Origin: Monocercomonoides exilis PA203
Taxonomy: Eukaryota; Protista; Preaxostyla
DNA length: 64,000 bases
Assembly (NCBI GenBank): GCA_001643675.2
Contig: LSRY02000003.1
Span: 372,001 to 436,000 of the forward strand
Reading direction: 5' to 3'
Part shown: piece after piece, positions 33,901 to 47,000 of the stretch
Layout of the letters: every line of letters begins with the position of its first letter
Numbering within the stretch: position 1 is the first letter of the stretch
Position numbers and translations under genes: made by a program
The notes under the pieces: model-generated
Databases searched by the model: none
What the model saw: the letters and a program-made list of their open reading frames with translations, nothing else
Told to the model about the DNA's origin: nothing

Positions 33901-36127
33901 TTGCCCACCAGAAACCGCTCGTTCTTCTGCCTCTGCACTGCATTCTGCAGAGAGCGGGAGAAGGTGTGTGCGAGCGTGATCAGCCGCAGAAAGCGGGAGA
34001 CTGGTTTTGAGAGAGGAACAGGCTGCAGTGAAGACGAGGGTGTGGCTGGAAGCCTATCAAAAGGGGCAGTTGTTGTGGCTGTGGTGCCTGCTGTGTTCAA
34101 TCTGTTGACAGGCTCTTGTGGAAAACTTGATTTCTCTTTCTCTCTTTCTTTCTCTTTCTCTTTCTCCTTCTCTTTCTCCTCCATCTGCCTCTTCTGCTGC
34201 TGCAGCATCTCCGTCTCCTGCTTCACCCTCTCACGTGCCATCTCTATCTGCTGCTCAGCCTCCATCTTCGCCTTGTTCAGCCGCGCCAGCTGCAGCTGTG
34301 ACATGCTATTTGTCGCCTTCGACGCCTGCTCCACCCTTCTCGCCTGCTCCAGTGCAGCTTCTGCCCTCTCCTCTGCTGCCTGCTGAATCCTCACCCTCTC
34401 CAGTGCCATCCGCTCCTGCGCTGCTCTCCTCGCCTCTTCGTCGGCCTTCCGCCGCGCTGCCAGCTCCTTCACAAGCGCCTGCTCTTCTCGCCGCAGCTTC
34501 TGCTCTGTCTCTGCAATACGCTGCCGGCTCTCCAGAAAGCCCTGTGTCTCCCTCATCCGCTCAGCCATCAGCTGGATCTGCCGCCGCTTCTGCTTGTCCC
34601 GCTCGTCTTCCTTCATCTGCAGCGACTCCTCGTCGTCTTCGTCGCCCACTTCACTCAGCGTCTTCGCCAAAATCAGCTGCTGCTGTCTCATCTCCTCGTC
34701 GTCCTTCGCCCACTGCTTCTTCGCCCGACTTTCTTCCTCGTCCACTTCCTTCTTCATCCGCGCTATCACTGCTCTCCACTCGCTCCTCTTCCCTTCCAGC
34801 AGCTTCTCATCAGCCTCTCTCCGCTTCCGCCGCTCCTCCTCTTCCTTCCGCTCCTTCTCCTCCATCTCCAAAAGCACTGGGTCAAAGTCCATCGAGCCAA
34901 ACCTCACTTTTCTCCTTTTATTTCCTTCTAAGCCTGCACTTTTGGATCTGCCCCCATCGCTTCCTTCTTCACCGCCTGGAAATACCCCTCCTCCGCCCAT
35001 CATCCCCAACTCAATCTGCGCTTTCATGCGGATCCTTTCCACTTCCAGTTCTTTCAGCTTCTCTTCCATTTCTTCCATTCTTTTCTTTTCCTTCTCTCTC
35101 CGTTCTTTGTCTTTTTCTTCTATTTCCCGCCATTTGGCTTCCGATTCGTCATCTCCCCTCAAAAGAGAAATAATTCCTCCTTTCAGCTGCTCCTTTGGCT
35201 TCGGTTTGGGCTTTGGCCGCTGCTTGATCTGTTCTCTCTGCTCGTTGAACTCTGTTTGCGAATGGAGTTTTGGCAAAAGAGATGGTCTTTGCTTTCCTTT
35301 TTTGATATTGTCAATGCGTTGTTTAAAAGAATCCGAATCGGACTGAATTTCCCCTGGAGAAGAAGATGATGGAGCATCTTTTTGCTCGGTGGGCTGCGAA
35401 TCGTCGTTGTTCTTTTGAACAGAAGCTGAAGCAGGGTCAAAAAGAAGCGGTGTAGTTGAATGCACAATTGGAAGCTTCTTAAGTTTTGCGCTTTCCTGCG
35501 ATTGAACGATTGAAGAATGAGGAGAGATTTTGTGAAAGTCTGGAGGTAATCGAAGAATTGGATTTATTGAGTCTGCTTCTTCATCTGTTGTTGGAAGTTC
35601 AGAAGGTATTGGTTGAACTGATCCAAATAATTTTATAAACATGGCATTTGAGAAAGAAAATTCATAAAAAAATGACAAACATTCAGGATTATCAAATTCT
35701 TCGTCTTTTCTCTTTAGTTCAGAAAGAATGGAATTTATTTCTTTTGAGTCTTTGATGAAAATTTTATCATGAGAAATTTGAGTGAAAAATGCATCATACC
35801 TCCTTCTGTAATCAATTTTCGTTGAGAAGAAGATTTTTTAATCCCCATTTTGGAAAAAATTGGAAAAAGTTGATTCCAGTTGTCCATTCTCACGTAGTAT
35901 GTTTCTCCAGAAGATAAATGCATTCCATTAAGCAATGCAATAACGTCTCTCGTATTAGATCGTTGCGATATATACATTAACAAAGAATGAATCAGAGTTC
36001 CATTGAGAATAATTTTTTGTAGAGCAGCACTTGTAGTGACTTCTTCTGATTCCGATGTCATTGGAAGTTCAGACAAAGGTACTCCACAATTTGCAAGCCA
36101 TTCTGCGACATCGAGAGGTATTATCAT
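18972..36127 (-). CDS. Giant ~5,564-aa protein: N-terminal calponin-homology-like (Spef1/CH_2-type) domain, coiled coils, helical blocks separated by low-complexity tracts
   Basis: Three ORF-track entries join in frame. Exons 36127-35800, 35749-35681, 35617-20501 and 20152-18972 total 16,695 nt, all introns GT-AG. N-terminus has LNGTLI..MDNWNQL..MGI..ITEGDSKEINSILSEL, a CH_2-like pattern. Function unknown. Confidence 0.8.
20157..20338 (-). repeat. (TTTCTC)n/(CT)n microsatellite forming the 3' part of the last intron of the giant gene
   Basis: (GAGAAA)n on + strand. On the minus strand it abuts the acceptor AG at 20153-20154. Confidence 0.93.
26790..26870 (-). repeat. 24-nt coding tandem repeat (GEKGEVKE x3)
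   Basis: tctccttctttgacttctcctttt repeated three times. Confidence 0.85.
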
Positions 36128-36581
36128 TGCAAAGTTAAATCCAAATTGGTAAATGTGAAATGAAACCAATTACTGCCCATAATAATTATTGGATAATTCA
36201 GAAGTATTTTGACAATTGTTTATTGAGTGAAAAAAATAATATTTGTTTCGAAGGTCTGACTTCCTAATTAATGACTTATCATTTCGTTGATGATACACTG
36301 ACAATCATCTCAAATATTTTCAAATGAAATTAAAATATCACTAAAAATTGGCAAACAACAATTTAATAAGGAATATGCTGTTAATGCGGGAATGTTTGCC
36401 TTTCAATAATACACGCATAATATAAATGTGCAAATGTTTTAAAATTAATAGTGTGCTTCTATTTTATCTGAAGCATGTTAAAAATGTCCATAAAAAAAAA
36501 GAAAAAATCAAAAAAAAAATTAAAAAAAAATTAATAATAAAATAATAAATAAAAAATAATCATTAAATATAATAAAATAAT

Positions 36582-37020
<439 letters not shown>

Positions 37021-37072
37021 TGTATCTGGGAAAAACGAAATTTAAAAAATTAACATTTCTTAGTATATGAAA

Positions 37073-37170
37073 TTTGAATAATCTTCTTCAATTCAAATAA
37101 ATCCATTTATTTCAAATAAAGTTGGTTTATTTTAAATGAAGTTGGTATATTTTGAATGAAGATAATTTAT
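37073..37170. repeat. Degenerate ~20-bp tandem array (TTYRAATRAAGTTGGTTTAT)
   Basis: Units at 37111, 37131 and 37151. A related array lies at 41617-41715. Confidence 0.6.
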
Positions 37171-37559
37171 ACAGATAAACGCTGAAAACCATCATGAAAA
37201 AATTTTGAAAAATTATATTTTATTTTTTGAAATTGCTAATTGGTTCATTTGGTGTAGTTTTTTGAAGTATAAATAATACATTTTTTTAACAATTTTGATC
37301 TTTAAGTTTTTAAATGGAAATATGACTAAATTCCAACAAAATGAGCTTCAAAGACAAAAAAAAAGAAAAAATCCGAGAGTTAAAGTTTATTTCACTTATA
37401 TTTTAATGTTTATTTTGGAAAAAACACAGATGATGCGATTTTCATTGGATAAAAATGTTGAGAGGAAAAGTGAAATGTTCCGAACAGTTTCATTTCATGA
37501 AACACAAATAACTGCAAAAGTGTACGAAATGAAGCGTGGAAGTTGACTACCTTGATTTT

Positions 37560-38899
37560 CTTTTTTCTTCTTCCTCTCCTTCCAGCTCTTTTTCATCACA
37601 TATTATCTCCTCCCAGATGCAAATCCCTAAATCACAGCCTCCTCCTCCGTCTCTGATTCTTCTTTCTCGTCTTTCATCTCTCTTCACAATTCCTTCCTTT
37701 TTTCTCCTTCCCCTCTCCATATCCATCACCAATCCCATCCCCACTTCCAAATCCATCTCAATCTCCATCTCTCAAGCACCCTCTTCTCCAACATCTCCTC
37801 TCCCCAATCCCATCCATCTCTTCCATCCCTTCCCTCCCACTCACTCAATTCATTCACCTCAGCCATTTCTTCCTCTTCTCTCTCTTCCACCAACACCAAC
37901 ACCAATACAATTCCCTCATTCTCTCTTCACTCATCCCTCTCCATCCACTCAACCATCTTCCTCCACACCCACAACCCCATCGATGGAGCCATCCTCCCCA
38001 ACCTCAACAGCCCATCCACTTCTCTCTCTGCCTTCAACGCCTCTTTCCTTCACCAAACACGCTCTTCACAAAATGCTGCTGTTGTACATGTTGGAAATGA
38101 ATCTCAAAGAGCGAAACCTGGAAGATTGATTTCATTCGATTTAAACAGCCATCGCTTTGAGTGGTGCGAACGGAATGATTCAACTGGTGGAGAAAGTTAT
38201 GGTGGTGCACTTTCTGTTTCTTGCATAAGTGCAAGTCTCACGGTCACATCTTGCTCTTTTCACAATTGTTCAACCACTGGGGAAGCAGGAGCGTTATACT
38301 GTGGGCAACTATTGAATATTAACACTGCAAAATCAAACTTCACCAGCTGTTCAGCTGCTCATGGTGGAGCAGTCACTTCTTGGGGTCCTCAATCAAATTC
38401 TGTTTGGACATTCTCAGAAAACAGAGTGGAAAGTTGTAAAATAACAAATTGGTGTGGAACCGGCTGGTATTTCTTGCTCGATGACATGCCATCAAACGGA
38501 AAATTTTTGTTTACCAAATGCAAGTGCATCTCAAATTCTGGTGGTGATTCTGCTGGTTCTCTGACATTCAATAATCCTCCACAAAATAAACCAATTCAGT
38601 TTTCAATCGTTGAGTGTCAGTTCATCAATAATAAATTGACAAGTTCATCAACATCATGGGGAGGAGCTGCGCTTTGCTGCATAAACACCCTCATTTGGAT
38701 GAATGGAGTCATATTCATCACATTTTGTTTCTTCGAAGGCGTCACTGCAACTAATGGAAGAGGAAGCGATGTTTTCTTTAGTGGCAATGCCATAACCCAA
38801 TCTCCATTCCAGCAATGTGGTTCAACAACTCCAACACAAAGACTGCGGAACAGCAATACAGCTTATAATGCTAAGTGCAACAGTTGGCTTCCAATCATC
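37560..38899 (+). pseudogene. Receptor copy C: startless fragment with the C-rich tract and beta-helix head only
   Basis: Homologous to ~5300-6708 and to the reverse complement of ~48870-50330. In-frame TAA at ~37628, no signal peptide or ATG, and homology ends right after WLPII. Confidence 0.85.
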
Positions 38900-40480
38900 T
38901 TATCTCCTTTTTTTCATATGAAAATTCATGAGAAATTTCATCTCTTCATTTTCTTCATTCTCTTCCTCACCCTCTCTTCCTATTCCTTCCGCATCGACTA
39001 TGTTTGTGAAAATATACCTTTTGAATGTGAAGCTGAAGCTACAGCTTCCGTGTCCACTTCTCCAAAACCTCATGTATTATTTCCTCTTTCTGCTTTTGTT
39101 CTTTATATTTCTCAAAAATAAACTTCATGTCTCCATCAACTTTCCCTTCTTTCACCTCCTCCTCTTCCTTCTCAATATCAATCGAATTTCTCTCTATCTC
39201 TGACTCCTCAAACATAGCCAAATCATTCTTCGATATATGCATTTGTTCCTCATCTTTCTTTTCTCCATCTGAACTTCCATCAAAAGTTATGTCCAAAGAC
39301 CCATCTGCTGATTCTTATTCTGCTCTCCTGTTCTCCTGTTGGATGTTATCGGATGGAGAAGAACTGCATCCTTCACTTTCTGTTAATTACTGTTTTTCTG
39401 CCTCAGTCTCTGTCCTCGCCTTCGCAAACCTCAACCGACTCGTTCCAAGCACCTCCACAACCAGCGGCGCCATCGCTTCTTCCAGCTTCCCCTGGTTCTC
39501 TTTGATTCTCTCCACAAACTCTCTGTGCGCTGTCGGATACCCGCCTTTCTCCTCATTCCCATCACCTCCCTTTCTCCCTCCCTTTTCTTCTCCCTTTTCT
39601 TCTCCCTCCACCTCTTCTCGCTCCTCAAGCACCACCAGCACAATTGCTTCAGACAACAAAACCATATCCTCCATTCTCAGCTCCGCAGCATCCAACCCTT
39701 TCTCAACAATCTCCTCCACTTCACACACTGCAACGCTTTGCACCATCACTTTCTCGTCCAGCTTCACTACCACATGCATCGATCGCGGCTATCGCTAAGA
39801 CAGCAGCAATGTTATAAACAGATCTCATTCACATCTTCCGCTGCAAAAATCGCTTGCTCCCCGACTTCGTGCCCACCGACGCTGCAAGCGACGGAAGTGG
39901 TTCCACCAGCGGAACAGAAAGCATTGCCAAAAGCATCATATCGTAGGCACACACAACACCTCCATACAGCACCGCCCGCCGCTCCACTACATATCCCAGC
40001 AGCGTCTGTAGCGCATGCCGCGACAGCGGCATGTGCCGCTCATCACCCCAGCTATCTCAAGTGCAACAATCCGCAGCCGCCTCTCGAAGTCGTCCATCGC
40101 TTCTGCTGATGTGTATGATGCTGCCACCGCGGAGGTATCCGAAGGGTCAATAGCAGGTGCTGATGATGACTTGTCATTCTCTAAAGATTTCTTCTCTTCA
40201 CTTCTCCGACTCCGGAATGGTGAAGTTGATCGGCGCGCTGCTCCAGATCAGAATGAAGAAATATATTAGGAAGATGGGATTTGATCTGAAAGAAACAAAA
40301 GTAGTGGAAGAAGAATGAAGAGAAGATGAAAATGAGCCATTGCTTTCTACGGCACGTGAGCAGCAGCATTTCATTGATGGAGAAAGAATGCGTTTTTGAG
40401 TGTTTCTGAGTTGAATCACTGCCAGCGATAAGTGAGGACGAAAAGGGAGAAAGAGATCATTGCAGCCAGAAGGATATGAA
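38900..40480 (-). pseudogene. Disrupted fragment of an unrelated protein-coding gene
   Basis: Coding-like frames (AMDDFERRLRIVALEIAG / MPLSRHALQTLLGYVVERR / MHVVVKLDEKV..) broken by at least two frameshifts and several in-frame stops. Confidence 0.6.
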
Positions 40481-41616
40481 GAAGAAGAAGAAGAAAGAGG
40501 AGGAGGAGGAAGAAGAAGTGAACTGATGAAATAATTAAAAGTCTTGTTTTATGAAGGTTAACGATAACAAATTAAAAGATGCTTGTCGAGATCAATCTTT
40601 ATCTGACTTATTCTTCTTTGGTTGCACATTCTTCTGGCAAACAGTAATTACTGGATTTTTCAAACGTTCAACTTGCCCCTTCATCTCTTGTCAACAAAAA
40701 AGGAAACATATGGTAATCCACATTTCTGTTTTTTCCAACTCTCATTTTCCTCTATGATTTCCTTTGTTTATATAAAAAATATCTTTCAACTTAAGCGTTT
40801 CCTCAACTAGAACAAATATCAAGCGTTTTATAATGTTATATTCACGCTCAATTTATGTATATACACCTTTTCTCATCCGTCTTTCTTTTTTTGATATATT
40901 CTTTCCTCCTTTTTCTTCGTCTCGCTGAAAATGGATTTCTTCTTCATCTAAAAATCAGTCGTCATATTTCAATTCTGTTGCTCTTTTGTAAAGTTCCATA
41001 TTATCATTTCATTAGCCTAAATAAAAATATGAATATTCAAATGCGTAAAACAACACATTCAACATTATTCAGGAAAATAAACCTTCAATATAACTTGCAA
41101 ACATTAATTCTGATTCAAGTTTGAACGTTTAAAGGATAATTCTTCATTACTGCTCCACGAATATGAATTTGAACTATTTGTTTTTATTTCTCCTTCCATC
41201 AACAATTTTCGAAAAATTGTAATGATCTTCCTTTCTGAAAGAACTTGTATGCTCCTAGGATTTCTCTTTCATAAGATCTGTTGTCTTGTAAACCAAATAT
41301 CGAGTATCAAAAATTCAACAATTCCATATTTTTTTTAAATTGAAGTTTTCACTCAACAAACTCACTCAGAGAAACATTGAAAATTGCTTTTGATAAATGT
41401 ATTTTAAAGTTTATGTGTTTGGAATTTCCTTTAAATGCGTCCAAGTCGATGAGTTCATTTGTTGGAATTTCGAAAAAAAGAAATCATCTTTTCACTTTTT
41501 CATTGAAGAGAAAAACACATAAAAATAATTTTCACTGAACATTATAATTATGATGTTCTTTATTCTGTTCTTAATGAAATCATGATTTATCAGAAACTCA
41601 AATGAATTATGGAATT

Positions 41617-41715
41617 TCTAAATGAAGTGAGTTTATTTGAATAAAGTATGTCTTATTCAAATAAACTTTTATTTTTTTCGAATAAAATGAAGTTATTTCA
41701 ATTGAAAATTTTTAT
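41617..41715. repeat. Degenerate ~20-bp tandem array related to 37073-37170
   Basis: Units tctaaatgaagtgagtttat / ttgaataaagtatgtcttat / tcaaataaacttttattttt / ttcgaataaaatgaagttat. Confidence 0.5.
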
Positions 41716-41739
41716 TCAAAATTTATCAAGTGCCTAAAT

Positions 41740-41779
41740 TCTTTCTTTCTTTCTTTCTTTCTTTTTTATTTCTCTATCT

Positions 41780-41821
<42 letters not shown>

Positions 41822-41893
41822 CTTCTTTTCTTTTCTTTTCTTTTCTTTTCTTTTCTTTTCTTTTCTTTTCTTTTCTTTTCTTTCTTTTTTTTT
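41740..41893 (+). repeat. Compound (CTTT)n/(CT)n/(TTTTC)n microsatellite
   Basis: Directly visible. Confidence 0.95.
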
Positions 41894-43459
41894 TAAAGTG
41901 AAAGGCCTGATGCAACCTCTTCACAATTTTTTGAATTATCTTTAGAATACTCGCGTTTTTTGTTTTCGAACTATCACTCTTTAATGAATTATTATATATC
42001 TCCAAGAAATACTAGTCTTTCGAAGATTTTTCCAAAGCCATTGCAAGGTGAAAGCAGATGGATGTAAGGCTGGAACATATAAAAATCAATACTATCTGTT
42101 AATTGAATAAAACATTTATTTATTTGCTTTTTTAAAGTTATCAATTATGAACAGAAACAAAAATCGATTTTCAAAATGAGTGATAAAAACTTTTAACTTT
42201 TTGTTGGAAAGATCAACATAATTTCTTAAAAGAAAAAATCCAATGTAAAAAGAAAGGTTAACATGAATGATGATCAATGCATTTAATGAAAAAGAGAAGG
42301 TTTGGAATAGCCGTTGCACTGTATTGTGAGATGTAATGGTTTTGTCAAATACATGTGAATCAACAAATTTTTGAAGCCGTAGCGTATTTTATTTAGTGCA
42401 ATTGGAATTTTTATATAATATCGAAAGAAATTCTGTTGATTGGATTTTGTCTCGAAACTTGTTTATAAAAGAGATTAGAGGAGATATATTGCCAAAACAA
42501 AATATGATCACATCAAGTTTTCCACAACTATTTGTGATCAAATTCGATATTTATATAAACAATGTCACGAAACACAGAAAACAATAAAAGCCAATTCAAA
42601 AATTAATAAAGTTTTAGTCAACTTTTGTGTTATAAAAATTTTTTATTGAAACACATTTTTCGAATGAGACAACAATTATTTTTTTTTTTTTTGATTTATT
42701 TCTATATTTTGACTTATTTGAATGGGTAATAATTTTTGAAATCATTTTCTTTCATTAAAAATTTTCGATTCAACAATTTCTTTAAAATTTGGATTAATGA
42801 TCACTGAAATGTGAAAAGGCACAAAAAAGACATTTCATCCTTTATTTCAGGTGAATCATTTGTTTTTAAAAACAATTATCATTCTTTTTCTCTTTTGAAT
42901 TAAAATTTTCTTTCAAAAACCAACAAAGTTTGAAAAACCAACACCCCGAAAAAAGTCGTGATTTCAAAAATAATCACCCATGAGTATTTCATGTCCCAAG
43001 ACTGTTTAAAAAAGGAAAATTTTTGAAAAAATGATACAAAATGTTTGTGCACGGAAAAATGTGCTTGTGAATATAAGTGATTATATCGGATGTGATTTTA
43101 TCCGATTTTGATAGTGCGAATTTCTTTTGGAATGGAATCTTTAAAGTTTATTCACAATAAGAAAAAAAAAGATAAAGAAAATTATTTCTTATTCACGTTT
43201 CATTGAATTTGTCTATAAGTTCACTTGTGTATAATAATTTATGAAAAATTTTTTTTGATCATTTTTCTGTTTTATCTTTAAAATAAAAAAAAATAATATT
43301 AAAAAAATCATCACTTTATAATTCAACGATGTATTTTAAGTTGAAATGGAATTTTGAAAAGAAAAATCGAAATATTGACGGAAAAAATTATTTTTCACAT
43401 TGCCGATCTTTATTGAGATCAAATTTTCATTCGAATTTTGATCAAAATTTATATTATCT

Positions 43460-44087
43460 ATGGGAATATCCGAAAAATTGTGAAAAACTACACAATAGCT
43501 GTTTATGAAACTATCAATTGAACACTAAACATAATATGGAATTCACTATGAGAAAAAAATGATGAAGGCTGAAGAAAAAGTTTGATTTCAAACAGGAATA
43601 GCCATTAGAAAATTCACATGAAAATTCACTAAATAAATATTTTTCGCTCATACGAGTGGTTTTATTATTTTTTCCCTTTCATTTCCAATGCTTGGCATTT
43701 GCAAATATCATTGAAAAGCCTGATTTGTAGTAGTTGTTGTTTGAAAAATAATAATTATATTCTCAGCTGTTTGGCATGAGCGATAAAATGAAATTCAAAT
43801 ATATTCAAAGCTGATTAAACTTTTCAACAAATCACTTTTTCTATTTCATATCAAAATGGACTTGAATGAGCTATGAAATAGAAAACAAGTTTTGGTTTTT
43901 TATTAGATTTTAGTATTTCCACGATTATTCATAAAAATAACCGCAAAGCCATCATATAAAACATTTTTGGACAGCACAAATCATTTAAGAAGCTTCAAAT
44001 TGAACAAAAAAAGAAAAGCAAGTTTCAGTTTCTCCAATTTCACAAAATGCAAGTTTTTGGTTGGTGTTCTTGAATTCGTATCTCATG
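43460..44087 (-). repeat. 3' non-coding arm of the inverted duplication (partner 12468-13090)
   Basis: Reverse complement aligns with 12468-13090. Confidence 0.9.
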
Positions 44088-47000
44088 TCACTCTGCATCA
44101 TTCTCTGCCATTTCTGTCAATGATTGTATCACCTCACCCAAAGTTGGTCTGCCATCTGGCTCATCTGCCCACATCCTCTCTATCAGCTCAACCATTTCTT
44201 CTCCTTCGATTCCTTCTATCAGCGGTCGCACTCCATCCCTCATCATCTCCTGTGCTTCCTCGGCTTCACACTCGCTCAAAGGCACTTCCCCAGTTGTCAT
44301 TTCGTGGAGTATCAGTCCAAGTGTGAATACAACTGCCTGCTCAATTCCTTCCTCTTCCTCTTCCTCCTCTTCATTTCCAATTTCTGGTGCCTTCCATCGT
44401 TTCATTTCTTCCTTCTGTTTTTCATCCTCCAATTCTTCAGTCAATAGGTATATTTCATTGTTCCCTTCTTCAACAAAGATTGAATACGGACACAGCTGCC
44501 TCGCCATCATTTCCACCCTTTCATCATCAACTGAAATCAAATGCTCAAACAGCTCTGCCACTACTTTTACCACCTGCTTCCCATCAACAACATCCATCGC
44601 TCTTGTTCCCAGTGTGAAATTGCCTTGCACTGAATGAATCACTGAGTGCAATGTTTTGATGTTCTTTTTCTCTTTCTCTCGAAATGGCTTCTTTGCTGAT
44701 ATAACATTGAATGAATGAGATTGAGATATTCCAGAAACAGAATCGTCCTCAGAAAAAGGTACTGGAGATTCCAGATCTGGATGATCATTCTCATTCGGCT
44801 CTCCATCAGTCATTGGTGGAGGCTCTGGAAGATCTTCTTCATCGTTGTCAATGAGAAGTGGAATTTGGCTTGTCATCCCTTCCAGCAGTGTGGATGGCAT
44901 CTCACTCATCTCAAAGCTCCCTCCATTGTTTTCCCTTCTCCTCTCAATCTTCTCCATTATTTGTTTTGCTTCTGAATCTGCTGCCTCTGCTTTTCTCTCT
45001 GCTTCCCTCAATTTCCTTCGCAAAAGCACAACAACCGCAACAATAACAAACAACAGAATAATAATAACTGCAACACAGCCAATAAAGGCAAACAAACTCC
45101 ATTCAATCATATTCACATTTCCATTGTCATTCTTATTTCCTCCTTCAACAATCCTTTCATCATCTTTTGGTTGAGTAATGCTAGCATTCTTCAGAATGAA
45201 TGAATTTGTTGAAGAAGGAGATTCTGCATTCCCAAATAAAACATGCACACTCACCTCAATTTCATCTCCACAACCGCCGATAAGATCTTTTGCCACACTT
45301 CCTTCAACTTCTCTTTCTGACAAGAATTCATTTGAGTCAAAATCATAATGTTCAATCTCTTTCTCATCTCCCTTCTTCTTCACAACTGAGAATGACAGAT
45401 TGCATGGAACAAGAAGCATCCCTTTGAATGTCAGCTTCATTCTATCTGTCTCTTCTTTTGCTTCCACACTCTCCAACACAGGAATAAAGAATGATGAATC
45501 CCTTTCTGAAACAATCCCTTCAAAACCGCACCCATCATTCAATATCCAAAGAGAAGTGCTATCCTTCAATCCATCTCCTCCTTTCAAACTCATCACATTC
45601 AATGTTCCAGAATCTGAACAGATGATGTTTCTTCTCAATGATGGATATCCTTCAATTGAGGGATTATTGTTCTCAAATCTTCCATCATTAACAGTCATTT
45701 CCCCTCCACTCATTGTTATTCCACCTTCTGGTGAATTCGAGATTGTTGTGTCTTTCATCAAAACAGAACTCTTCTCAACATCCACAACAGATCCATCCCA
45801 TCTGCACATCTCTTCTTCTGTATTTGAATTCTTTTCATTTCTTTCATTTGAACTCCCATCAAAAATGCAACTGTCCATTTTCATATCTGTGCAATCTTCC
45901 ATTTTCATCAATTTTCCTTTTGTGGCCTTTGAACTTACTCCGTCCATTGTGCAATTTGCCAATTGCATCGTCTTTTTCATTGCCAAGCAAGATATCAGTG
46001 ATTCTCCATTTCCTTCAACTGTGATATTTTCTGTATTGAAATCTTTAATTGTTAATTGTCCACATTCGTTGATATTTATCAGAAAAGTTTCAATTGTTGA
46101 ATTGCAAATCGTTAATAAATAAATCACTGATGGAAGTTGAGAAGAAAGATATAATGCTGATTCTTGAAGAATGAGATTTGATATTGTGCATCCATCAAGT
46201 TGTAATTCTCCTTTTTCCATTTTTATTATGTGGAATGGAATATTTGCAAATTCTGCATTAATTCCTTCCATCAGTTGTTTTGTAGTGAGCGAGCAATTCA
46301 CAATTTCAAGAATTCCTCCTTCTGGTGATATCAATGATTCATGAGAAGAAATGAAATTTGCATCAAATACAAAATTCACTCTCAGCAATGAAACTGTTCC
46401 TGTTGTTGAAATCAAAGAATTCTTTTCACTTGTTATCTCTGATTTCACTTCAACTTCACACGTTTCTCTGCTCTTCGAGCTCAAATTCAATTCTTCCAGA
46501 TTAATCTCTCCTTCAATCATGCTCTTTGCCACAATGAACATCAGACGAACAGGTTTTGATGTCAGGTGCAAAAGACCATGATCAATCGAATAACAAGGAA
46601 ATTCACCACTTCCACATCCCAATGTGTCATGTCCATCTTTCGAAACAGACACGACCGTCCACTTCAAAGAAACAAGAAACACTCGAAGATCCATTTCCCC
46701 ATAAATCCCATCTTCCCCAACAAACGCATTTCCATCATTAGAATATCCTGAGCAATCAAATGCAAAACGCTCTATTTTCACCGTATTCACCAGATTCCCA
46801 CTCTTCACAAACATGTTCTTCCCAACAGTTGCCCTGCACCCAGAAAACGATATCTCTGTGAGTTGAAATCCGACTTCATTCAGACTGCAATCCAAATATA
46901 TTCCTCCTCCTTTCCCTCCATCGCTTGCATCCTCACAAACACATCCAACAAATGAACTATTTTCAATGGAGACATATCCTCCTTCACTCAACACTATCTT

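Noticed and set aside
19031-35467. Dozens of + strand S/F/L-rich ORFs opposite the giant gene (likewise opposite 54732-60095)
   Set aside because: They are antisense shadows of GAA/GAG/AAG-rich coding sequence and show no independent protein signatures.
37073-37170. 20-bp periodic arrays as a CRISPR array
   Set aside because: They are tandem degenerate units without unique spacers, with no cas genes and in a eukaryotic context.
37628-37630. In-frame TAA in copy C as possible TAA/TAG=Gln reassignment (known in the oxymonad Streblomastix)
   Set aside because: eL41, Ariadne and RIT1 end in TAA at the expected positions, and multi-kb Gln-rich ORFs contain no TAR codons. The standard code applies.
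40500-43450. Short ORFs in AT-rich intergenic DNA (also 13131-14552)
   Set aside because: No recognisable motifs or consistent exon chain could be built. No tRNA or rRNA was recognised anywhere in the window.
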